DNA of 64,000 nt from Selaginella moellendorffii (taxonomy: Eukaryota; Plantae; Lycopodiophyta): positions 545,496-609,495 of the forward strand of contig NW_003314365.1 of NCBI RefSeq assembly GCF_000143415.4, written 5' to 3'. Positions within the stretch are counted from its first letter, which is position 1; each line of letters opens with the position of its first letter. Under the pieces are notes generated by a model, which did no database searches, was not told the DNA's origin, and saw nothing but the letters and a program-made list of their open reading frames with translations. Position numbers and translations under genes: made by a program. Below, one piece after another: positions 38,456 to 50,479 of this stretch.

Positions 38456-41400
38456 TTGAAGGGGGTCGATCTGGAAACTACCCCGAAGCAGAAAAGGGTG
38501 GTCAAGCTCAAGCCGACGTCCGACTCTCCTCCAAAAAAGAAGCTACTCGGTGATGCCATTGCCTCGGGTTCGAACATTACACCCACCAAAAAGAAGAGCC
38601 GCAAAGAGCAGAAAGAGCAAGAAGAGGCAGCAAAAATCATCGCAGATAATAGTACTTGTTACTATTCCAACAAAGTATATACAATCCACATGAGCCGTAT
38701 CGACATCCAAAGCAAATATAACCACAGGCTAGTATCTAATGAGTGGGTGGAGAAACTGAAGCAGAAGATGCTGGCAAGTCCAGTAACACCCGACATCGCA
38801 GACGTGATCCCCTACTACCGAACAATGAAGGGCGAGACGATGTTTCCAGACTTGATCAATAGGAAGGTGTTGGACGATCAGAACATCCGGTTCTATGCCA
38901 TCTCCAGGCAGCATTCTAGCTTGGCGATGCAAGAGATAGTTGTGGATATTATGGTGGGCGAGGAGGTGAAGAAAGTCTTCAAGACAAGAGTTGTCCGCCT
39001 GATAAAAGGCAACTCGCCCCTCCGATCTATCATATACATCTCCCACGCGCAGAATGTCAAGCAAGAAACGTGCTACAAATCGGGTCTGCACGAGACATTG
39101 GCACGAACACGGAAGCTCTGGGTTCAACTGAAGAAGCCACAAAAACCAGGACAAGGACGTGCACTAGCAACTAGCGCCTGGCAGGTAAGCCTCGTTGCAT
39201 GTGGCATAGCATGTGGCCTCACGCCATTTCCATTGCAGGAATTCTCGAGTCTTCTCTCGAAAACACTGGGGGTCAATGACACACTCAGCATCCATAACAT
39301 TCTATTCGCGACAAAAGTTGTTGTTGACAAATGGGTAGATGTGCTGAGGAGGTACCATGACGGGGAGTTACTAAACTCAATGGGTGTGGAGGACGGCCGG
39401 AAGCCCAATGATTTGAAGCTCAATGCCTTGCATTTCTCGCAGTCTCTAGACGACGACGACCTTCTGACAGTGGCTAATGCTCTTCTACGTGGTGAGGTAG
39501 TCTTCAACAAGACCAAAATGACTCCCGGCCATATTGTGACATACGAGGACTTGTGCACGACTCTGAGAGCTCGTGCGCTATTGAAGGATTGGATCTTCGA
39601 GCAAGTGGCCGTGGAGAGGGTGAGCATCGACACCATGCAAGAGATGATGGAAGCGCTGGATTTGTCAAATGAAGATATCGACGAGTACGTGAAGGGGGCC
39701 CCCAAGTTCATCGATCTGCTGCGGGATGCCACGAAAAGTAAAGCTGAGAAGTTGGATCAGTATCCAAATTTCATTAAGAGTGATGTCGACCGCCGGCTTC
39801 AGAAACAGCTCGACCCCGCAGCAGAGGCCTATCGAGAACCTTACCAGGTAAACTTAAATTCGGATGAGGATCAAAGGTGGAGGAGCATCGTTTCCCGCGG
39901 AGATGAGCAGGTCAAGAACATCCTTTGTGTGATGGACTTCACAAACGAGGAGATCACTCATGCAGACGAAGTCAGCTCCATCATTGACTTAATGGTGGGA
40001 CTTGCAAAGGTGGAATCTTCAGTCCACTATATGATCTACGACTCCAAATCCTATCACAAGTTCTGGAAGGCCTTGAACGAGGTGAAGGCTTGGTTGAAAG
40101 GCAAGGAGATGTGGGAGATCCATGGGATAATGGCTAAGAAGAAGATACTGACGAATGTCCGCATCTCCACACTCGCCCTTGTTATTGGTCCTGCAGCAGA
40201 GTGGGACTGGAGAGACTTCCCAGCTTCGTTCGACAAGGCCGATCGAATTGATCTGAGGGAGGTCAATTTACTCGTGCCTGAGGAACTGAAGACGGCTATG
40301 GAGCTTTCGAATCCAAAGAAAGCTCCAGGTGCAGCATGGGAAATGCTCAGCTGGGTCTTCAACGCAATAGCGGGTGGGTCACCTGCTTCTGACTCCAAGG
40401 GCAAATGCGTTGTCGAGTACAACTGCGGCGGACTATTCTTTCGAGCCGCACTACTCAAGGGTGTCCCGTGTGTTGCGGTGACAAACTCCATTGAACAGGT
40501 GACTTCAATGAAGCATATAATTACAGTTGCCAAAGAAAAACAGTATCTTCTCTGCGAACCTGGTGAGTACGCACTTTAAGTTTAAATGTTATCTCACAAG
40601 CTCTGTATGCAGGAGCGTGGCCACCCCCAGATGCTGAAACGGCGTTAACAGCTACTATTGAAGATACCCATGTTGGGCCGAGCTCACAACCTGCACAAGG
40701 TAAGGTCACGTGAGGCCTCACACCATTTTGATTATAGATCGTTGTGAATATTCAGACACGAGGACTGAAAAGCGCACTGGTGGCGCGTCGAAGAAGGACA
40801 AACAGACAAGCAATAGGAAAAAAGGAGGTACAAATTATATTTGCAATGGCGTATGGTCTCATGCCATTCCTTGCAGGAGACACTTCTTCAAAGGCAAAAC
40901 AGGCAAGCACCAGCCAAGCTCAAACTGACAGTGGCCATAAAAAGCAAAAGCACGTTGGACAGTCGTCAGGATTAGAGGCGTTTGATTCGAAAAGGAAGAA
41001 GGGCAACGAAAAGATGATAGGTAATGCCTCGCGGTTATGGCGTGTGTGCTCATGCCATTCATTGCAGATCAAGGGCTGAGTGAAAGCAGGCAATCACCAC
41101 CTCCTGACTCAGATTCCTATGGCGGACTCCCCTTCCCCAATCTCAATAGAGAGGTACAATGGATGAGGGATGCTTTTCAAGTCAGGGCCACGTTTTTCTC
41201 ATCTCGTCGTCTTCGAAGGGTGCAAGAACGTGCAGAAACCATGTTAAGACAGTCGGGTGAGGATACGGTCCTAGGTCACGCACTAAAACAGGCTATGGAT
41301 GTCTTGTATTTTGAGATGGAGACTCGGCTAGATGATTTTCCCAAGATGGTCCTGGAAGAACAAGCCATCCAGCCTGAGCAGCCTATGGAAGAAATGCAGG

Positions 41401-43363
41401 AGGGGGATGAGGAGCCAGAGAAAGATAATGAGCAGGAAGAGCAGAAGGACGAAGAGGAGGACAAAGAAGAGGAGGACAAAGAAGAGGAGGACGAAGAGGA
41501 CTTGGATGGTCCTCACAATGGTGACGATCACAATAACGACGACGATGATGATGACGACGATGGCCAGCCTGAGGTGGCCAAAGAGCAGCGGAGGAAGGTC
41601 ATACAAGACAAACCAAGGTAAATAATAGTACATCCATTCCTAACCTTTTACCATTTCTAACATTGTCCATGTAGGTCGCAGAGCAAATGGTAAGTAGAGA
41701 TTATTCAGTTGAATTTACAAACTCTAGCCTTTAGTGTCGAGGAAGGATAGTGCCAAGCAAGGGTCGAAACGTATGTCCAATCCTTCAGAATCAGCAGTGC
41801 GCCCAAGTGATATCGGTCCTAGTTCCTCAATAGCAGTTGATGGTAAATACAGTATAGTCGATTCAATGTGCTAATGAGTTTGTTTTTAGTAGCACGGAAG
41901 GATACCATCTCAATCGAAGGGAGATATTTGGATATGCATATGGATCCGCCAGTGGACTCTACTTGCCTACAAGAGTCATCAGAGCTGGTGGAGGCTACTA
42001 TCCATATCAACGCCAAGCAAGCTGACCACGCTCCACTTGATGCTGCCCATACCACTGAGTCAATCTTATCCACGTATCCAACTGACGGTGACCAGGTGCC
42101 ATTGGACCCGCATGAGGCCACCCCAGCCGCCGAGCCGGTCGTATCCTCATTTCCAACGGACTCAACGTGTGCCCAATCGTCTGACTACGCGCTGTTGGAA
42201 CCTCCCTACACCGCCCCTGCTGCCTGTTCGGTCATGTCCACTTTGCCAACGGAGGCACCAGCTGAAATGGCGTGTGATCACACGCCATCGGAACCACCCC
42301 ATGCCACTGTTGAGCCAGTTGTACCAGAGTCTACAGCTGAAATGGCATGTGCCCACACGCCATCGGATGCGATTGACCCCACATTGCAAAGGAGAGTATT
42401 TCCGCCCTTCACGTTTCCTCGACCAAAACCCTCTCAACGACTATCGGGAGCACCATTCACTAATATTGTAGATGGTAAAATTGACTTGTACCATTTTTTA
42501 TGCTGACGCATTTCATTTCAGAGTCACGGCGAAGGTACTGTATCGTTTTTGATCTGAACGGTGTCCTTTTCTCCCATGAGCGTGGCTCGTCCTCGAATGT
42601 CACTGCACCCTCCAAAGCCTGCAGTCGCAAGTTGGTCAAAAGAGACAGATTCACATTAATCACACGGGAGAAACTGCGAGTTCTAATAATGACCATGCGA
42701 CACTTAAAACAGAGGGCCGGGTTCAATTTGCAATTGGGAGTTTGGACATCCATGATGCGCCACAATGCATTAACGTTGCTACAGATGATGCACGATCAGA
42801 CACGAGTAATATTACCATTTGACTTTCTCCTAACGCAGGAGGATTGCTTGACTATGGTCCATGTGAGGGGTAGCAAGCCCATCTTCGTCAAGCCAGAGGC
42901 TGTAGTGATGAACCGGACTGCTAGGTCAAGTGAAATTCTCATCATCGATGACTCGCTGATTAAAACTGCAGCGAACACGCACACATATGCAGTGCACCCC
43001 ATCTCTTGCAGTATGGAAACTAGGGAGAAGAAACTGTATGTTCTAGGGGACCTTGCAAAACGGCTTGGAGCGATGGTGATAGAGAACCGGCCAGTCCAGG
43101 AGGTGGCTGCAGAAATCAACCAAATGGCAAATGGAACGGTATATCAGAAGCCATTTGATCGGACAGACACCAGTCATCATTTATGGCATGTATATTGTCT
43201 AGCCAAGCACTATCCGCATCTCCATAATTTGCTCAACCGGATGGGTTCTTCGACCACTGAACATGAGCGTGGACGTATTAGAGAAGAGATGGCATTACTA
43301 TTGGGTTTAAATCCTGATAGTGTGGAGAGTGATGAAATTCCAAGATTATTGTATAGGCGTTAG
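38456..43363 (+). CDS. Spliced multidomain protein: ParB/Srx-like, degenerate N6/N4-methyltransferase-like fold, acidic and Pro-rich linkers, FCP1/NIF HAD phosphatase
   Basis: Introns inferred at 39185-39238, 40563-40612, 40700-40737, 40828-40876, 41021-41067, 41618-41674, 41690-41734, 41843-41889 and 42475-42521 join the ORF pieces, needing one 1-nt frameshift near 41580. Motifs: NHRLVSNEWVEKL..FYAISRQHS; KCVVEYNCGGLFFRAALLKGVPCVAV; IVFDLNGVL..VWTS..ILIIDDS. Start codon not located. Confidence 0.7.
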
Positions 43364-43829
43364 AGGCAAAAAATAACAGTCTGAGATGGCATGTATTTAT
43401 TTAAAAATGTAACTTATTATGGCATGGGGTTCCATGCCATTGTATTAATATTAAAAGACAATTCTTTGAGAGGATTTGCATTATACTAGAAGTGTTACAG
43501 CATGTTATTAGAAGTCTACGAAGTTGTTTTATTAATAAGGGGAAAGTAAAGATTGAATGGGGACTTGGGCTCCACCTAGACTCGGAGCAACTGAGCCAAT
43601 ATTAAAAGGATGGAAAGAAATTGGACGATGATGACAAGGAGAAGAGAGAGGTGAAGCAGTGGCAGGGGGAGAAGTGATTGAGTAGACATTTCCTTGTTTA
43701 AAATAAAATGGCATGTGCCTCAATGCAGTTGAATTTTGTTATATTTATATACTATATAAAGGTTTGGAAACCTTATTTTACAAGTGGGATAATGACAATT
43801 CCCACTTTAACGAATAGAGCTTAGCTAGC

Positions 43830-45960
43830 TTCTTCAAGGCATGCTTAGAGATATTGGCTAAATGCATTAGTGAGCTTATTGCGGTTGAGTTAAATTCGAG
43901 TGATCATTTAGTTTATGTTTGTCTATGAACTTTTATTTCGTACCTGGGGTATCATGTTCATGTTGGACAAGTATATAACTTGATGACAAGAGTTGGTGTT
44001 TGGGTCTTGTGAAGGCAAGTTGAGGAGTAATTGTTAGTTGCTTTGCAACTAGTGATTACTTGTAGACTTTGTCCAAAGACTGTTGATACTTGCTTCGCTC
44101 GATGATGATTTAGCAGTGATGGGCTTGCTTTATTGGATGATGTTGCGGAGGATCGTGTCGTTAGACTTACATAAGCTTTTCATGTTGACATGTCGACTCT
44201 ACCTCTGTCAATATCATTTGGTTACATCTAGTCCATAGTGTTGGATTTCATTGAGTCTTGGACGTGGTAAATCACTCCTTGATGAAGTGTTGTTTGTAAC
44301 TGAGTTTTGTTGGAGAATTGGTCTTGAATACTGACTAAGGTATCTTCGACTTTGGTTAGCTTGATTGCTAGAGAGTTTTGAGTGGTGATTCACTTGTGCT
44401 TTCTTCTAGCTTTGTTTTGGTGTTGATAGCATTGAAGTGATGCCTTATCATTGATATTGTTGATATTGAGATCTGAGTGAAATGAAATACCCTTCCAAAG
44501 ATTGATATTGAGTTTCTTTAGTCTTGATGAAGATAGTATTGATGATTTGGTTATGGCTTTGTGTTATTTGCATTTGTACAATTGCTAGTTAGCAACTGTA
44601 TTGATGTTCAAACGAGCTGAGTGGCAAGTTTGAGTTAGTTGTGTTCTAGATAAAATTATTTAGAAGGGTTGAGCTTTAGCTTTTCCTTGAAAAGTGATTT
44701 AGTCGTAGACTATGCTAACTCTACGAGAGGAAGAGTTAGTGATCGATATTAGAATGTTGAGTCCTTGCTGGATTTGAGTTCGGGATATAATGATCATTAA
44801 TGATTCTTTTTTTGGGCTTGTTATGAAGTGAGTTATGTCTTGCTATAGATGGATTCATCCAGGATCGTTTAGTGATCACTTGTTAAGCATAGATTCATTA
44901 TGCTTAGCTTTTAGATTGATGCAGACATGCTCTTCATTAGCTTTGGCATTATGAAGGTTAGCTTATGGATGTGTTGAGGGGGATATTGTGGGTTGTACCA
45001 TGATTTCTCTTTAGCATTGAAGTTAGTTTATGTGGAACTTGTGATCATTGTTAGGCAAGACTTAGCTATAGGCTTCTTCAAGCTCTTAGTTCCTTGAGTT
45101 TTTGTGCTCATTATTCCATTTGTTAGAAGTTGTTGAAGAAGGCATTTTTGGCTTTTAGCTTCGATGTTGAAGTTAGTATTTGCATCTAGCAATCATTGGT
45201 AATGATTGACTATTATCTAGGATAGTTGATTATCCTTGTCAAAAAGTTTTGCTTGATTATTGTTGGTATAGAATGATTTGCCGTTCTTCGGGATGGTGGA
45301 TTCCTTCTTAGCCGATGATTCTACATCTCTTTATTGATGGGATGATTGATGATCTTTATGATGGTTAGTTGATGTTTTGATGGCTTATGGCTTTTACGCA
45401 ATACCACATGTTCTTTGTGGTTTGCTCTGGATTGGTCTCTTGGGTTTGAGACATTAGTAGGACGTTGTTGACACTTGCTTAGGCAACTTGAGTTCCTTGG
45501 TATTGTTGACCGGGATCTATTCAGATTGGCTGGTGCAATAGTTGGCATGACTAAGTGTTTATTGGTTTTACCACATTCATTATGTTTTGTTGATTGTTAC
45601 TCGAGTTAATTCTGATAGATTAGGATGTTATCTTCTTCAAGTGATACATTCATGAGCTTTGTGCTTGTTAGTCAATGATACTTTGTGTTCCTTGAGTTGT
45701 GTTTTGTGAGTTGTTTGGCATGCTATCTGCCATTTTTGGTAGTTAAGTTTCATCATTGACTTTACTTAATGATATTCTTGCTATTGAATTTTGTTGGATG
45801 GTGACTCCTATGTTGTCCAATAATAGTGATCTTGGTGGTTCCTATACTATAATACTGGTTTATCGAATGATAACTTACTTGGAATACTTTTGTGTTCTAA
45901 TTTAAGCTTTATTCACTGATAATTACGACTCTACGATATCATTGTCTATGACTTTGATAT
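43830..45960. repeat. Decayed, strand-skewed interspersed repeat of unknown class
   Basis: ~44240-44630 aligns by eye with ~55150-55620. Strongly G/T-rich on the plus strand; no ORF. Confidence 0.5.
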
Positions 45961-46495
45961 AGTCCATACATTAATCTTTGGGTTTGGGCCAATATAGGCA
46001 GACTGGCTTCAGCACTTCGTGTGCATGGTGAAATCTCTAGTCATGGGGTAGCTACTGTCAACTGGTCACATAACCCGCCTCTCTGTCGATATTCCTTTTT
46101 TGTTGAAAGGGTGTGACCGTGTAAACAACTCTACCTGCCTGTTTACAAGTAGTCTATCTAAACCTTACCGACGGGTTTGGTTTCTTTGCTTAGGAGGGTT
46201 GGGGCCTCTGGCTTCTCTCTCTATGTTCCTGCGGGCAGGGGCATATCACACTTTTGTAAGCTGGGTGACTCCCAGAGCAACAAGGGTGGCTGACTCCATT
46301 GGTCATTTCCTTGTTGGCGACGGCCGGAAGGTGTCTGAGTTGGTAGCGCATCTACGTTAGACAAGAGGTTGCCCCCTAACTCATTTAAGTTGGTGCATTT
46401 CTCACATAGTGTGAATACCATGAACTTTTTCTAGAGTTGTTTCCTTGGCGGTATTCTAGACTGGAGTGTGCATCGACGAGGACGCCAATCTTCCC

Positions 46496-47590
46496 AAGGG
46501 GGGGAGAGTGTCGCGAATGTGACTTCGGGTATCGAAAGTTACCTGTAGGCTAGTCCTTACGGACACTCTTACCTTACTGCCGTGATGGCAGGAGGTCGGT
46601 ATTGCTGGTTCCCTTTATCAGCCCCTCTTGTTCAAGTGTTAGTAAACTGGGCTTAGCACCTGTATTTAGCCAAATGGACATAAGGTAGGAACTCCTATGT
46701 GTTTCTAGCTGGGCATACTCGGCCTGGCTCTTAGTTCTCTTTTGCTCTGTCTTGCACTGGCTTGACAAGAACCCTCGCGTATTGAGATTGGTCCCTCAAT
46801 ATTGCTACATGATAGCTTATCGTGTCTGCCAAACACCCTTGCTATCATGCCCTTTGTGTTAGTCTCATTTCGGTCCCAAATGCTATTTATGGAAAGTGTC
46901 TAGATTTGCTCATTTGGCATATCTATGGAATGTAGAGATTGTTCTGAACACAATAGTATTTGTCCCATGTCCAAATTTGCAATCTAGGGACATTCCATAT
47001 TTAGTAAGTTTCAAGTTTGTCCCAAAGACTAACTCCTGATACTAAGGGAGGCTTGGGGTGAAAGCCTAAAGCGTGTGTTCCTCAAAGGGGGGGGGGGGGG
47101 GGGGGGTTCCAAATGTATAGTAGGGATAGTGGGTAGATCGGGCATGGCTGACCAACCTGAGGCATAGTCTAACTCCCGCTTGCGTGCCTGTCTTTGTTCT
47201 GCGTCTGGCTTGGGTCTAAGCCCAAGTTCCATTCCATGCTAGCTGGTGGAGTACCCATATCCTCACGTTAGGCCACCAGTATGCCAAAATAGCACCAGAC
47301 TTCGTTTGGCTCCGTTTTGCATGCTGGTCCTGGCATTAGGATGCTGGTTGCTCTAGGACTGTTCCAAATCGCTCCGGGCTCCTGTCCCTTTGCTCCTTAG
47401 GCTGTATGCTTGGGAGTTGCTCTGTGGTTCGGTTCCATCACTCCTTGGCTCCATGCTTGGGAGTTTGGCACCGTTCTTTCGTTCAGTGGCCCAAGGCCAT
47501 GAACCGAGGGTTCTACACCACGTTCCTTTGGACACGTGGCATGTGACACATGGCATCTGTCACGTGGCACAAAGAGGGTTTAGGTTCCAC
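46496..47590 (+). mobile_element. PPT plus LTR-like fragment of another element
   Basis: AAGGGGGGGAGAG followed by TG at 46509. It contains the GGGTGAAAGCCYAAAG..polyG module shared with the B/C LTRs and a segment that is the reverse complement of ~56330-56780. Confidence 0.6.
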
Positions 47591-47639
47591 TTCATGGTGT
47601 TATCCTATGGTAAATTACCATAGGATAAAGGGTAAAAAC

Positions 47640-48192
47640 CATGTGCGTTACATATCTCCCAATTTGATTTATATGGTGTATATGCTGGTTTAAAGCACTG
47701 TACACCACTGTTCCCTGAAAATATATAGACACTGCCTTGCTCAATCTCGCTTGAAATATGCTTTGCAATCTTAAACCCAACAATATGTATTTCGGAACTT
47801 TCTGCATCGGCAACATCAACTGACATAAGACATCTAGCTGTGCGTGTTTCAAAGAATACAATTTTCCCTTTGTGTGTCACCTTGGTGCAAAAACACCATC
47901 AGTAGCAGTGGTCATTGATATCCTTTATTGGCATCTTATTGATCATGATCAAAAACCATAATCAGTAAATCTCACAAGACTATTTACACAGACATCCCAA
48001 GAGTCTATGGCACTTGACACATGATAAGAACCCAATGGCTCAAAGCATTCCTTCTCATCTGTTACATAGAACCTTCCCACTAAATCTCCAGGTTTGGAAT
48101 TGATCTTTGTAATACACAGGACAATCTTATCTCTAGAATTGTTCTTAATCTTTTTTATGCCATCCACCATACATCTCACACGGTCTCCCATT
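47640..48192 (-). pseudogene. RPA1/RPA70-like OB-fold fragment (probable Helitron cargo)
   Basis: LMSVDVADAESSEIHIVGF..IEQGSVYIFSG..YTPYKSNWEI resembles RPA70 DNA-binding domain A. Truncated at ~47640. Confidence 0.6.
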
Positions 48193-50479
48193 GTCTCTAA
48201 TAAATTGATTTCAAAATGTAACTTACAAACGTTTTTATAAGAAAAACATACTAAGGTATAAATGATCAAGACAAGATTAGTACTTGGACCATATAAAGAA
48301 ATTTGGTTCCAAACCTTTCAGTCTGAAAAGATGACAAAATAAAATCCATAACAATGTTTATATTTTTTAAATTTATTAGAAAGATGGATGTGGTTTAAGT
48401 GAGTTTTAATTATATATATATTAACATCATTAAAATTTAGTGTACTTAAGTAACACTTACTTCATTAAGAGCAAAATTTGTAGAGTTGAATGAATCATCA
48501 AGTAATAATATTATTTTATCAATTACATAGATTTAAATAAAAGAAAAAACTATTGCCAAAACTTAATATTTAAATGACTCGTGATATAATCTTATGAGTT
48601 ATATTTATTATGTTATGATGTGTGTTTGTGATAGAGTCAATTGTAGAAGAGATTTCTAATATAAATATTATATTCTGTTTAACTAAGTATGTTATCATTC
48701 CAATTATGTAAAAAATTACAATTACAATTACAACTCTTTGAAATTACTAAAACTTCAGGAATAAACATGATACTCCCATTGTAGCTGGTACATCAATAAC
48801 TTATTTTCATTACTCCCAGCATTGATAACGTTATTATACTATCTTAAATATATTAACATATACAAATATAATAATATTATTATTTAAGTGCTAAGATTTT
48901 TTTAAAAATATTAATATTTATTATAATATATGTTTTTTATAATAATTTATTCTTTAGATAATTACTGTGTTTAATAATATAATTGTAATTTTATATTTGA
49001 ACTTAAATTTTCTAAATTTTTCATTGGCTAGAGACAATCTTGAATAGAATTGTTGCAAGTTTCAAACTTTATTTGAATGATATCACCAAATTATAATCCT
49101 GATGAAGCATAGTGTATTATTTTAAACTTTATTTTTGACAATCTGGATATTTAATTGGGAATTTTTCTACTGCTTTTTACCCTGAATCTCTTTTCATGAG
49201 AACTTTATTTAGAAAACTCTTTTAACACTTTAAATCNNNNNNNNNNNNNNNNNNNNNNNNNNNNNNNNNNNNNNNNNNNNNNNNNNNNNNNNNNNNNNNN
49301 NNNNNNNNNNNNNNNNNNNNNNNNNNNNNNNNNNNNCTTTTTATGCATTACTTAGATTTTGTGAATTTATATTTTCTCAATATATCTAGAACCATTCTCC
49401 ACTGCTAGCTTATGAGGTTTAATAAAAATGTGGTAGCAAGCTTGATAGATTTACTTATGTATGTTTTTAGATTTAAAACCAGACACATAATAGAAATTCA
49501 ATTCATATTAGTAAACTATGAATGTTAAAGGTATCATTACAGTTCAGATAAAAAGAATTTAACTCAGTATGCAATTAAAATTATAATTTCTCCAAACTAA
49601 CATATTATTTTTTTGTAGTCTATGATTCTTTGTTTTTGTGAAAAATTAATTATTTTTAAAGCATGGCAGCAATCCTGTAGATGTGTTTAGGATTGTGCAC
49701 CTTTTTATAAAGGCAATAAAAATATCATATTCAAATTTTATGATGATAACAAATGATCTTATCTTCCCAAACATTTGCATTATTATCTATTTGCATTATT
49801 GTGCATTTCTCTGGAGATGAATAGTAGAAAATTTTAGATAAATTTAACTTTTTTTGCAATCAAAATTTCTAATATTGTAAAATTAGAAAAGAAGATTTAT
49901 TTATCTTGGGTATGCTATATCTCCCTGCATATTATAATTTGATATAAAATCAATAGTTTTATAAAAAGATTATCACACTATGTAATCATATAGATTATGA
50001 CAATGAGGGCATACATAATAGAAATTCTATTATTCTTTAGTAAACTATGAATGTTAAAGGCATCATTACAATTCAGATAATAAAGAAGTTAACTCAGTAC
50101 ATAATTAAATTATAACATCACCAAACCAGTTATAAAACATTTGTTTTGGTATAATTCTTTGATTTTGTGAAAAATCAATTGTTTTAAAAGGTTGGCAAAA
50201 ATCTTGTGGATGTGTTTAGGGTTGTGTACCTTTTTGAAAAGGCAATAAAAAAAGTTCAAATTTAAATTTCACGATGATAAAAAATGATTTTAACTTTTCC
50301 AACACATGCATTATTATCTAATTGCATTATTGTGCATTACTCTAGAGATGAATATTAGCAAAGTTTATATAATTTTAACCTTGTATAAAATAAAAATTTC
50401 TAACATTCTAAAATTAGAAAAAAAGATTTATTTATCTTGGGTATGCTATATCTCCTAGCGGAGCTGGGGTTTCTGCTAG
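47640..50479 (+). mobile_element. Helitron 3' portion
   Basis: AT-rich body ending in hairpin CCTAGC-GGA-GCTGGG (50454-50468) and CTAG|T (50476-50480), the same terminus as at 8077 and 60847. Contains a diverged ~530-bp-period duplication (~49490-49930 versus ~50020-50457). Confidence 0.7.

Larger units (their letters stand above)
33458..43729. repeat. Dispersed 22-bp palindrome ATGGCRTGWGGCCTCAYGCCAT (~17 copies)
   Basis: Copies start at 33458, 33511, 34853, 34910, 37045, 37115, 37213, 37786, 37858, 39206, 40705, 40846, 41037, 42267, 42342, 43419 and 43708, some degenerate. Perfect palindromes at 37116-37135 and 42267-42288. Confidence 0.9.
33420..43800. mobile_element. Putative large DNA transposon (Sola/DUF7869-like) carrying a multidomain cargo gene
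   Basis: Transposase and cargo gene are divergently oriented. The extent is defined by the outermost copies of a shared 22-bp palindrome. No terminal inverted repeats were found by eye, so the ends are approximate. Confidence 0.65.

Noticed and set aside
33200-43900. Terminal inverted repeats for the DDE element
   Set aside because: Only ~6-bp chance matches were found by eye; other copies are needed to define the ends.
44080-44125. Possible helicase Walker B (IIIxEAS) on the minus strand
   Set aside because: It needs a frameshift and no supporting motifs were found.
47530-47570. TGGCATGTGACACATGGCA (reverse complement near 56337) as further copies of the 22-bp palindrome
   Set aside because: Only a half-site matches and it lies in an LTR module. 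It is kept as a caveat that half-sites occur outside the element.
46509-47590. 3' LTR of element C enclosing the DDE element
   Set aside because: Its start does not match the C 5' LTR; only one internal module is shared.
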